From a virus: a stretch of DNA of 64,000 nt. Of this stretch, positions 55,946 through 64,000 are shown piece after piece. The notes below the pieces were generated by a model, which did no database searches, was not told the origin of the DNA, and saw only the letters and a list, made by a program, of their open reading frames with translations. The position numbers were made by a program, and so were the translations under genes. The stretch covers positions 1-64,000 of the IMG/VR virus record IMGVR_UViG_3300025280_000024, one strand, 5' to 3'. Each line of letters begins with the position of its first letter. Positions within the stretch are counted from its first letter, which is position 1.

Positions 55946-56423
55946 CAAATAGTCCCTTACGTGCTCTAATACATTTTGCGGAAATTTCCATTTTGTGATC
56001 AACTTGGCCAAAAATCTGTTTTGTCTCGTTCAATGTCACGATTTCATAATAATGAGATCCATATAACACAAAATCACCCTCTCTGACGAACAAATCTTGA
56101 TCTTCGGTCAATCTTCTTTTGTGAAAATGAACAGTGATGCTTGACCTTCGATCAATTCCAGCACTAGTGTTCGTTGTTTCATGGCCTTCCCACTCAACTA
56201 GAGCATATACCCTAACCGGTGGCAGAAAGGTCTTCTCTATTGCCTCTCTATAAAGAGAATGAAAATCTGTATGATCTTTGCTTATTGGATAATACAGCAC
56301 TTGTTGGCCAACAACTCGCTCAATGAGTTCATCATTGACCTGTTTAACTAGATTTCTCTCCTTCTCTCCTAAAAACAGAGGAGGTGGAGGATTTGCTGGT
56401 TGTGACCATTTGTTGTCAGCCAT
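55935..56423 (-). CDS. neck / head-closure protein (gp14-like)
   Basis: GQQVLYY, LYREA and EGDFV.Y..HYYEI motifs; gene position. Confidence 0.7.
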   Translation of the reverse strand: MADNKWSQPANPPPPLFLGEKERNLVKQVNDELIERVVGQQVLYYPISKDHTDFHSLYREAIEKTFLPPVRVYALVEWEGHETTNTSAGIDRRSSITVHFHKRRLTEDQDLFVREGDFVLYGSHYYEIVTLNETKQIFGQVDHKMEISAKCIRARKGLFDGS

Positions 56424-56429
56424 TGTCTA

Positions 56430-57710
56430 TTACCCCACAAATATTCCACCCGGAATTGAAGAGTTGACCTTATTGACATTTTCTGTTATTGTTGCCTCTT
56501 GTTCAGCTAGCTTGGCATAAACCATTTCATCGAGAACTGTTTTAAGTTCTTCCCTGAGTTTTTCTTGCTCTTCTTTTGCCTGCGAAAGCAGTTCAGAATG
56601 GTTTAATGTAACTGATTCTCCCGGTATTGGTATAGTGGAAAACTTTCCTCTAACTTGTCCCAACGTTTCCTTTGAAAGTGCCAGAGCAAACCTTCGAACC
56701 CACTGCTTACCAATAGAGTTGATATTCTTATATGGAAGATTCTCGAATGGAAGAGTGTTCATATTGTTGATGCCTTTGACACTATCACGATATGCTGCAT
56801 TAGGCTCCCAAGGATCTTCATCAATTGTAAAATTTATCCACATCTTCTTTGGATGAGATATAGTAACATCTGGAAACAATCTTAGTTTATTGTTTTTGAT
56901 CTCGAAAGAGTAATGTGAAGTCCTAGTCCACAAGTTTGATTCAAAAGCCATGGCTTGAAGTTTGTTCTGCCAAGCCGGCACCAGTTCAAAATTGGCATCA
57001 TCGGCAAACTGACCATATTGGTGAAGATTTCCTACGGTATTTAAACCTCCGTAATATCCATAAAACCTCCACATAGCGTGCGGAGTCTTATAAAATACTT
57101 TTCGAATTGTTATTCTTCGATCTGTCACATTTCCAAAATAAGGAACGGCGCTGTCAGTAGCTGCAGAAGATGAAACTATTGACTGCAAATCATAATCCTG
57201 TGTACCAACCGAAGTATTAAAAGACGCCGAATATATAGTTTGTTGTCCACCAATACCGACTTCAGTAGAAGTAGCATCTCCTACGCGTTTGGCAAAACCA
57301 AATTGAAATTTAGGAAATGCAAGAGCAATGTTACTTCCGGATAATCCATCTCCTGAGAGAAGTTGACCTTGGTGATCAAACGAACCAGTGGTTCTACCCA
57401 ACAAAGTATCCAATACATTTTTAGATTGATGAGAATTGACTAGGTAACTATATTCCAACACTGACTCTTCATAAGAAGCATAAACGTTTTGTGTTGTTAT
57501 CTCTATATCTAAAATGTCTCCACCAAGTTTCCTATATGTATAGGATACTTGCTCAACTGCTCCAGAGACAAAGTTTGTGTCTGCTAGCGCACCATCGGTA
57601 GCATAATAACCAAATGGTAAATTTGCTAATGTAACGTCACCATGCGTACCTGTAGATGGCAACTTGATAGCGCTAGTTGTGCTTGATGGTGTTAAGGTTG
57701 GAACCGCCAT
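56430..57710 (-). CDS. neck / adaptor protein (gp13-like)
   Basis: LGGDILDIEIT, WVRRFALAL.KE.LG.VRGKF and VTLN..ELL..A.EE motifs. Confidence 0.8.
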   Translation of the reverse strand: MAVPTLTPSSTTSAIKLPSTGTHGDVTLANLPFGYYATDGALADTNFVSGAVEQVSYTYRKLGGDILDIEITTQNVYASYEESVLEYSYLVNSHQSKNVLDTLLGRTTGSFDHQGQLLSGDGLSGSNIALAFPKFQFGFAKRVGDATSTEVGIGGQQTIYSASFNTSVGTQDYDLQSIVSSSAATDSAVPYFGNVTDRRITIRKVFYKTPHAMWRFYGYYGGLNTVGNLHQYGQFADDANFELVPAWQNKLQAMAFESNLWTRTSHYSFEIKNNKLRLFPDVTISHPKKMWINFTIDEDPWEPNAAYRDSVKGINNMNTLPFENLPYKNINSIGKQWVRRFALALSKETLGQVRGKFSTIPIPGESVTLNHSELLSQAKEEQEKLREELKTVLDEMVYAKLAEQEATITENVNKVNSSIPGGIFVG

Positions 57711-57755
57711 TAAACTATATCTCCTCGGGTATAATTAGTTGCCGGCGTTACAAAA

Positions 57756-58058
57756 CTACTTATCTTTCTTTATAGTAGTTCGTTTGGATCTTTTTCTGGT
57801 TTTACGAGTTGTGGATGTTTTCTTTGCGATCTTAGGAACGGGTTTTTCTGCCACTGGTTTTGACTCGACAATCGAAGCCTTTTCAACAATTGTGGATGTT
57901 TTCTTTGTGATCTTAGGAACGGGTTTTTCTGCCACTGGTTTTGACTCGACAATTGATTCTACTTTTTCGTGGCTTTTCAACCTCGCAATTGTTGCTCTCA
58001 AACCGGCATACTTCTTAGCATACTTGGGGCTTGTCAGTTTTCTTCTTCTCTTTCCCAT
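57756..58058 (-). CDS. basic Lys-rich protein with an internal repeat
   Basis: SD AGGAGG; duplicated SIVESKPVAEKPVPKI.KKTST. Confidence 0.65.
   Translation of the reverse strand: MGKRRRKLTSPKYAKKYAGLRATIARLKSHEKVESIVESKPVAEKPVPKITKKTSTIVEKASIVESKPVAEKPVPKIAKKTSTTRKTRKRSKRTTIKKDK
57809..57953. repeat. near-identical 64-bp direct repeat, 81-bp period
   Basis: 57809-57872 vs 57890-57953, one mismatch. Confidence 0.85.
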
Positions 58059-58098
58059 AATACCTCCTGGGTTGTATAATAAATAGTTGATTTTCAAT

Positions 58099-58130
58099 AA
58101 AAAACCCCACGCCGTTGAAAACGTGGGGTT
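58099..58130 (-). terminator. intrinsic terminator
   Basis: AAACCCCACG/CGTGGGGTTT stem with a T-run. Confidence 0.8.
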
Positions 58131-58157
58131 TGATATTAACAAGGTTTTTAATTATTA

Positions 58158-58601
58158 TTAAGCATTAGTGGCGGCGTCTGCAAATAATGTATCAGACGCA
58201 TCGATTATGAAGCCGTGGGCAACATATCTGTCCCCCAGACAAACGATTCTCACCAATTCACCAGAAGTACCGGCGGTCTTCCATCCAATAAAATTATTGC
58301 TCGTTCCATTGCCGATAGAGCCGCCCCCGCCGTCAGCAGCACAGAGAATTCCAGTAAAAAAAGTTCCATCTCCTACGGTTACATTAATATTATTGTCCAT
58401 AGTATCGCCATCTTCTTCGTCTGCCATCACTTCGCACCACCAGCCTTTGCCAGCATCGGCGGCAGCTGGTAGTGTCAAAGTCACATCAGCTGCAGGATTC
58501 ACGTTAAAAAGCGTTCCACAATCAGCTATTGTGATAGTCTTAGACGCGGTTAATTCTTCAATCTTAATCCGGTTAGCTGCATATCTTCCTGATTTACTCA
58601 T
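58158..58601 (-). CDS. putative capsid decoration protein, paralog 2
   Basis: MSKSGRYAA.R.KI...DCGTLF...LP...AGKG.W; downstream of the MCP gene. Confidence 0.6.
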   Translation of the reverse strand: MSKSGRYAANRIKIEELTASKTITIADCGTLFNVNPAADVTLTLPAAADAGKGWWCEVMADEEDGDTMDNNINVTVGDGTFFTGILCAADGGGGSIGNGTSNNFIGWKTAGTSGELVRIVCLGDRYVAHGFIIDASDTLFADAATNA

Positions 58602-58652
58602 CTTTTTTAAATCTCCTTTTGATTTAGGCTATTCGCCTTAATTTGTTTCATA

Positions 58653-59117
58653 TTAACCGTCCGAACCAGTTATAGCTCCACTACCACTCACAACACCATT
58701 AGCGATCCACCCATCGAGGCCGCCATACTGGGAGTTTGGAATTGCCACCAATTCTAATGTATCCCCTAGGGCCCCTTTGGCAACAACAAACGAAGCAGTC
58801 GCGTTCCCCGGGAAGTTCTGTCCAGCCGGATTGCCTTCGAGAGCGGAGGCGGCAACCGAACCCAAAATATAATTAGTAGTAGCCTCCGGCGCAACGCGGA
58901 TATTCACGTTCCCATAGGCGCTCTCAAAGGCCGTCAGGATAAATTTATACCAACAACCTTTTCCAGCAGTGTCGATGTCTGGCAAAATAACACTATATGC
59001 TGTAGAGGATGCTGAAAGTTCAAATATTGTTCCACATTCTGAAACCTTAACAGTCTTTGCTGCGGAAATAGTTTTTATCTTTTTTCTATCTGCTGAATAT
59101 CTTCCTAACTTGCTCAT
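58653..59117 (-). CDS. putative capsid decoration protein, paralog 1
   Basis: MSKLGRYSADR.KI...ECGTIF...LP...AGKG.W. Confidence 0.6.
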   Translation of the reverse strand: MSKLGRYSADRKKIKTISAAKTVKVSECGTIFELSASSTAYSVILPDIDTAGKGCWYKFILTAFESAYGNVNIRVAPEATTNYILGSVAASALEGNPAGQNFPGNATASFVVAKGALGDTLELVAIPNSQYGGLDGWIANGVVSGSGAITGSDG

Positions 59118-59196
59118 CCTTTTAATTCCCCTTTTGATTTAGTTATTCGTTTCATATTAAATAGTCGTGACTTGTTTAAACTTCCAAAAGAAATAC

Positions 59197-59226
59197 AAAA
59201 AAAGCCCGCCCTGACGGGCGGGCTTT
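59197..59226 (-). terminator. intrinsic terminator after the major capsid gene
   Basis: AAAGCCCGCCC-TGAC-GGGCGGGCTTT plus an A7/T7 tail. Confidence 0.9.
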
Positions 59227-59246
59227 AATTGTTAGTTAGCTATTGT

Positions 59247-61064
59247 TTAGCTAGCTCCACTCTCTCCGAGCAAGCCGCGAACAACAACCAGACCATACAT
59301 ATCAGGTCTGACCATCTTCTTAGCATAACGAGTCATCACGCCCTTGCGAGGCACGAAGTCTTCGATACCGAAGATCGTCGGAGTAACCTGCAGCGGTACA
59401 TAAGGAGCATAAACATAGCCGCTCTCAAGGAACGAACCACCCTTACGACCAACCAAGACGAGGTTACGAGGGAAATAGGGGTCAACATAGACGTCCCACT
59501 TCTTACTCATAGCGCCAACCTTGACAGTTCCGACAGTGCCACGATCGTCATCAGCAGTCACACTAGCTCGAAAGCCAGAGGTAAACTCAAGGACGTTCGC
59601 AACTTCAGGAGAAGTAACAATAAAGTTAGCTCCACCACGAAGTGTCTTACGATGAATCTGTGCAGACACATCATTAATGGTCTCAGCAAGAGTCTCATAC
59701 CACTCACTAACTGTACCCGTGAAATCGGGAGCAGCTGCTGTAGCACCAAGCTCGGTGCCGGTTGCTCGATTAACGAACAGACCAGGCGAGCGCGACCAGT
59801 AATACGTTCCAGCAGTAGCCAGTCGTACAAGATCATTAAGAATCTCCCGGTCAATCTCAAGAGCAATCTGCTCAGAGAGAATACTCGTAAGTTCAACCTC
59901 TGCATCCAAGTTGTGATAAGCGTTGAGATCCTGGCCAAGTTCCGGAGTCCACTTCGCTTTCAGCTTCTTAGTTACAGCAGTGACACTCACCGAATCGACC
60001 TTGATGTCGATCTCGGGAATTTCTGTGTTATTCTCTAGACCCCACGTAGTGGTTCCAGCAATAGCACCAATAGCATTGGCGTCACCAGCAGCTGCAGTAC
60101 CATCAAAAGCATCCTTTTCCGGATAATGAACTGTAATTGCCACTGCTGTATCCGCAGCTGCAGCTGTTGAATCACCGTGCATAGTAAACTCAACGGTAGC
60201 TACATCAACACGTCTAGTCAATCGACGAACTGGGCGAATATCTTCATTTGCATCCAGACCAAATGCAACGCCAGATCCGCTAGCCTGTGGGCGAATATCA
60301 AGGAGAATCATGTTTTCCATATTGATATTCGCCTGTTGAGCGGCAGTAAGAGTAACATGTACCTGTTGAACTTTATCAGTACTCTCGGCGTTCAAAAGAT
60401 CCGGATCAAAACGCAAGTCTTTCTTCTGAGCTTCCGACAGCGCGCTGATTGCAGTAAAAGCTGCCAAGTTAGCGGTTGCACCCGGGAAGCCGTTTGCAGC
60501 AGTAACTGCGGCGGCAGGGGCAATTGCGCTAGCTGCAAGAGGAAGCGTTCCAGATGGCGAAGAATAACCTTGGTTAAGGTTGTAAAACCCCTTATCAGCA
60601 TTATCTCCAGTAGAGGTAACACCCGCATCACGAGCTTCTTGACTAAGGTCCACACCACCAGTGATCTCCTGGCCAACCCTTCCACCACCGTATAATGAAT
60701 CATTTGCACGATAATCATATCTCGCAGCCGTATACTGAAAATCAAGGAAGAAGATCAGTCCAGAGGGCAAACTCATGGGCTGAACACTTACAAGATCATT
60801 TGCAATAAGTCCACCGAACACTCGACGGACGATCGGAAACGCGACGGCCGCGAAACCCTCGACGTCACCACCAGCCATAGACGAAGCTTCCTTCAGAAGC
60901 TGCTTGGCCTGGTTTTCAAGAAGGCGTGCCATAGTAGACTTCTTTCGATCTCCTCCGAGACCTTCAAGAAGGCCAGTTGCCTCCCACTTATTAAGAAGGG
61001 CATCGCCCTCCTTTTGAAGATCTCGATCAACGATACCTTCAGTTAATTTTTCTAAAATACTCAT
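59247..61064 (-). CDS. major capsid protein (T4 gp23-like)
   Basis: PIVRRVF..LIA.DLVSVQPM..P.GLIF, KLKAKWTPELGQDL, EIDREI, YAPYVPL and GVMTRY motifs. Confidence 0.96.
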   Translation of the reverse strand: MSILEKLTEGIVDRDLQKEGDALLNKWEATGLLEGLGGDRKKSTMARLLENQAKQLLKEASSMAGGDVEGFAAVAFPIVRRVFGGLIANDLVSVQPMSLPSGLIFFLDFQYTAARYDYRANDSLYGGGRVGQEITGGVDLSQEARDAGVTSTGDNADKGFYNLNQGYSSPSGTLPLAASAIAPAAAVTAANGFPGATANLAAFTAISALSEAQKKDLRFDPDLLNAESTDKVQQVHVTLTAAQQANINMENMILLDIRPQASGSGVAFGLDANEDIRPVRRLTRRVDVATVEFTMHGDSTAAAADTAVAITVHYPEKDAFDGTAAAGDANAIGAIAGTTTWGLENNTEIPEIDIKVDSVSVTAVTKKLKAKWTPELGQDLNAYHNLDAEVELTSILSEQIALEIDREILNDLVRLATAGTYYWSRSPGLFVNRATGTELGATAAAPDFTGTVSEWYETLAETINDVSAQIHRKTLRGGANFIVTSPEVANVLEFTSGFRASVTADDDRGTVGTVKVGAMSKKWDVYVDPYFPRNLVLVGRKGGSFLESGYVYAPYVPLQVTPTIFGIEDFVPRKGVMTRYAKKMVRPDMYGLVVVRGLLGESGAS

Positions 61065-61097
61065 TTCTTTTAAACCTCCTATTGTTTTAAAAATAAA

Positions 61098-62096
61098 CTA
61101 TTTAATTCCCGCAAGCTTTCGCATGCGATCTCGGACCGGATTTGGTAAGCCGGAATCACGCGTCTTTTGACGATTAACCCTAAGCACAGAATTCCTTCTT
61201 TCCAAAGCTTCGTTCAGTGATTTTGGTTCTTTTTTTCTTGAAAAGTTGGAACCCACTGCACTTTGAAGCGTTTCGTAAAGAACTCTAGCTTCTTCTACCG
61301 TATCCGCTTTTGAAATAGCTTCGACAATTTTTCTTTTTTGTCGCTCATTCAGGGAGGTGCTACTTAAAATCTTGTTTGAATAAAGCAATCTAGCGTTTGA
61401 TGATACCATTTCTTCGAGCTTTTCTTTAAGCATCATCACTGCTTTCTTGTGTTGCTTCGTGTTACTAACTAGTTGTTTGTTTGTCTTAATTACTTTTTTA
61501 AGACTTTCTTTTAATTCTTCGTTTTCTTCTTTGTATTCAGAACTTTGCATTCGGGCGAGATCTAAATCTTTCTCAAACTCCAATTCTGCTTCGGGCCTGC
61601 CTGCCCACCCACTCATTTGAGGAGACATATCAACAAGAAGCTTTTCAATCAATTCTTCATCGATCTCGATATCTTCTTCTAATGCAAAAAGTTCTTCGTC
61701 TTCTTCTGGCATCTGCAACCCGGCAGTCACTTCAGCAGCTGCTTCTTCCTCTGTCTCTTCTGGTACACCCTCTTCTTCACTTATAGCTTTCTGAAGAGCG
61801 CTCAAATCCATGGTCACGATGGCTTCATCATCTGGACAAGGACAAAGATCTTCGCCGGCGGTGGCTGCATCGGCAACATCTACATCATCAAATGTTTCTC
61901 CTCCACCTTCTAATGGTGCTAATGGTGCTGCTTCTCCTCCCAACAACTCTTCCTCTTCGGGTTGTTCTAGAAGAGATTCGACTGCCTCTTTAATATCGGC
62001 AGAATACTTTTCAATAATTGTTTGTTCTGCGTTTTTGACAGCGGCTTCTTTTAATGCACTAGCATCGACAATCGCCTGTTCTAACATTGATGACAT
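61098..62096 (-). CDS. prohead core / scaffolding protein
   Basis: Acidic coiled-coil with many L-x-E sites, immediately upstream of the MCP gene. Confidence 0.75.
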   Translation of the reverse strand: MSSMLEQAIVDASALKEAAVKNAEQTIIEKYSADIKEAVESLLEQPEEEELLGGEAAPLAPLEGGGETFDDVDVADAATAGEDLCPCPDDEAIVTMDLSALQKAISEEEGVPEETEEEAAAEVTAGLQMPEEDEELFALEEDIEIDEELIEKLLVDMSPQMSGWAGRPEAELEFEKDLDLARMQSSEYKEENEELKESLKKVIKTNKQLVSNTKQHKKAVMMLKEKLEEMVSSNARLLYSNKILSSTSLNERQKRKIVEAISKADTVEEARVLYETLQSAVGSNFSRKKEPKSLNEALERRNSVLRVNRQKTRDSGLPNPVRDRMRKLAGIK

Positions 62097-62223
62097 ATAT
62101 AACTCCTTGAATACATTATTAATAAATAGATGTTCACAAATAAATAGTATTTAGTTCTTTAAAATGACTATATGTGTTGATTTTCTGTTATCTCCGACTT
62201 TCATATAGTTACTCTACTTTATC

Positions 62224-63432
62224 CTATAGCTCAATAAAATCTGGTGAAGGACTGAAAAATATCAAATCTACATCAATTGAATGTCCTATAACTCTGACAA
62301 CTTCTCCAGAACCCGATGGTATTACAGTTGTATATTGACCGGCAACAAAGCTGGCATATACTTGTCCTCCAATATCAAAGGCGCCTGGGCCAGCAGATCC
62401 AGTAATAAGAGAGCTTGTTAGTTGACACAACCCACGAGTAAGAACTCCTTTGGAATGTGGTGGAGCAGTGTCACCGACAATTGCAATAAAAGCTGCATCG
62501 CCGGAACCAGTTGCAGCTGCATTAACTAAGCTCCATTGTTTTGTTGAATCTAAATAAACCAAATGGCCGGCGGCTACTCCAGCTGCGGAACCAGTGCCTG
62601 CAAATAGTATATCACCAGATTGATCGTATGCGCTAGTGAACGATGAAGAGTGAGTCTTAAGACCAACCCCGAAACCAGGCGAGAATATAGCTGCATTACC
62701 TATGGTCACATTGCCGCCACTCATTTCAACACTGCCAGTAAATTGATAATTGGCACTTTCTCTAAAGATTATGCTTCCAGTTGCTCCAGTGCCGTCTCCG
62801 ACACCGCCGATTAACACAATGTCTCCACCATCATCATTTGTTACACTGGCTTCCGACCCTTGAATCTTAAATTCGCCAGTGGTCATGCCAAATAAAGCGG
62901 CAGGCTGAATTTTAGTCTCAGTGGGTCCAGCCTTAAGCTTGAGAAGATTCAGGCCTCCAGCAGTATTCCTCCCGCCTATTGCGATCTCGACTCGGTGATC
63001 AGCAGCAGGAAGTATTGAATTGTTTCCGAAAATATATATTTCTTCTGGATTGGCCGAAGAGGTCATTCTAAAATGAGCCCCTTCAAAGTCGGCATCGTAT
63101 TCCAAACTGGTCTTGACTCCAGCTTTATCTATAGACAAAGTTGAAGCACTTATTTCAACACTGCCAGTAAATTGGTGAGTGTCGCCGGTGTCATTACCAA
63201 ATTTTGTATCACCTAAATAAGTGGTTGTAGTGATCGTTTCGAACGCATATGATGTAATTGTTCCAGAAACATCTAAACCTCCAGAAAGTACAAGTTTATC
63301 GTTGGTATAATCATATGTAAAGTTGCTAGATCCACTAAGAGTAGATCCTGAATTGAATTGAACGTGTGTGTCGGCGCCACCCACAGTTGCAGCCGCGGCA
63401 CCCGATATATATGCCCATCCTAAATTTGGCAT
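62224..63432 (-). CDS. virion fibre/structural protein
   Basis: Gly/Ser/Thr-rich; VQFN.G..LSGS and FGND..DTHQFTGS motifs; late motif upstream. Confidence 0.7.
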   Translation of the reverse strand: MPNLGWAYISGAAAATVGGADTHVQFNSGSTLSGSSNFTYDYTNDKLVLSGGLDVSGTITSYAFETITTTTYLGDTKFGNDTGDTHQFTGSVEISASTLSIDKAGVKTSLEYDADFEGAHFRMTSSANPEEIYIFGNNSILPAADHRVEIAIGGRNTAGGLNLLKLKAGPTETKIQPAALFGMTTGEFKIQGSEASVTNDDGGDIVLIGGVGDGTGATGSIIFRESANYQFTGSVEMSGGNVTIGNAAIFSPGFGVGLKTHSSSFTSAYDQSGDILFAGTGSAAGVAAGHLVYLDSTKQWSLVNAAATGSGDAAFIAIVGDTAPPHSKGVLTRGLCQLTSSLITGSAGPGAFDIGGQVYASFVAGQYTTVIPSGSGEVVRVIGHSIDVDLIFFSPSPDFIEL

Positions 63433-63585
63433 TAGATATTATTCTCCTATAATAACATAATTAGTTCGTAATCAGTTATAAGCTATATCGATTGTCTAAA
63501 ATTAGTTCCAAGTTGAAGATTGATGATTGGCAGAGTTCACAGAGGATAGTGAATATCTGATTTGAATTATTGTTCATTCGTCATG

Positions 63586-64000
63586 TTAAAAAGTGGAGCA
63601 TGCGGCAAAGATATTAACTTCACCAGAATCTTCGTGAACAAAAGCAACCCTATCTATTCCCACTATATGATAAACTCGATATTCTCTGGCGCTTGGAACT
63701 TGACTCGCCACAGCGACTTCGGAATCAGCCACTGTTATAGAAGCAGCTGTTGGATTGGTGTTGTCACCAACTGGAAAAGGAGCTGACTCTGGTATCTCAA
63801 ACCACCTTAAAAAAGCATGACAATATCCAAATATAGTCAACGCAGCTGGCGTGGTATCATGCGCATCTTCAACAAGGACATGCAAATATCTTTGATTTTC
63901 TGTAGCATAACCCTCAGTTGATGCAGTAATACCTTGTAAGTTGTTTGTATTCGCCAAAGGTGTAACCGTCCCACCTTGACTGCCGGCTAAATTCTTGGGG
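63586..64000 (-). CDS. hypothetical (probably structural) protein, 5'-truncated by the window
   Basis: The frame stays open past TTG 63957 to the window edge (..PKNLAGSQGGTVTPLANT..). Confidence 0.65.
   Translation of the reverse strand, partial: PKNLAGSQGGTVTPLANTNNLQGITASTEGYATENQRYLHVLVEDAHDTTPAALTIFGYCHAFLRWFEIPESAPFPVGDNTNPTAASITVADSEVAVASQVPSAREYRVYHIVGIDRVAFVHEDSGEVNIFAACSTF

Larger units (their letters stand above)
16650..63465 (-). promoter_or_regulatory. recurrent putative late-promoter motif ACTA(A/T)TTA
   Basis: Copies just upstream of minus-strand genes at 16650, 17514, 21621, 22930, 50273, 52018, 55037, 57732, 58080, 59158, 62141 and 63458. Confidence 0.75.

Noticed and set aside
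59229-60695. Long + strand ORFs antisense to the major capsid gene (269 aa, 172 aa)
   Set aside because: These are shadow ORFs from biased codon usage, with no SD or protein-like motifs. The same applies to antisense ORFs over groEL, the tape measure and the sheath.
1-64000. Alternative genetic code (stop-codon reassignment)
   Set aside because: Core genes are full length in code 11, all three stop codons end genes, and no suppressor tRNA was seen.

Overview
This window is part of a large lytic myovirus (T4-superfamily-like virion module, probably a jumbo phage; roughly 40% GC by eye). It is not bacterial chromosome. Bases 1-12740 (+ strand) are an early/accessory region of small, translationally coupled genes. 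It has sigma70-type promoters, four tRNAs (Lys-UUU, Ile-UAU, Leu-UAA, Arg-UCU), thyX and a large family of 'MKVGDLV' KOW/SH3-like mini-genes. Bases ~12725-64000 (- strand) are the core region. It encodes chaperones (Hsp20, GroEL, a distant GroES), an endolysin and nucleotide metabolism (GMP reductase/IMPDH family, dUTPase, glutaredoxin, intein-containing class II RNR). It also encodes replication and recombination (DnaE, DnaB-like helicase, 5'-3' nuclease, RecA, SSB, a truncated PolA, a tubulin-like protein) and morphogenesis (baseplate, tape measure, tube, sheath, neck, decoration proteins, major capsid, scaffold). The most unusual signals are: (1) a cassette-like array of KOW mini-genes joined by a conserved multiply-coded junction (SD...NTGAAAGTCGGTGA), plus a GC-rich gene flanked by an exact 16-bp SD/start/stop direct repeat, which suggests gene shuffling at translational-coupling junctions; (2) about 70 copies of the palindrome GCCGGC against about 4 expected, nearly absent from the first 10.5 kb; (3) a phage-specific late-promoter motif CTA[A/T/G]TTA; (4) a candidate +1/-2 frameshift in the baseplate-hub/tail chaperone. 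All calls come from reading motifs by eye; no database searches were run.
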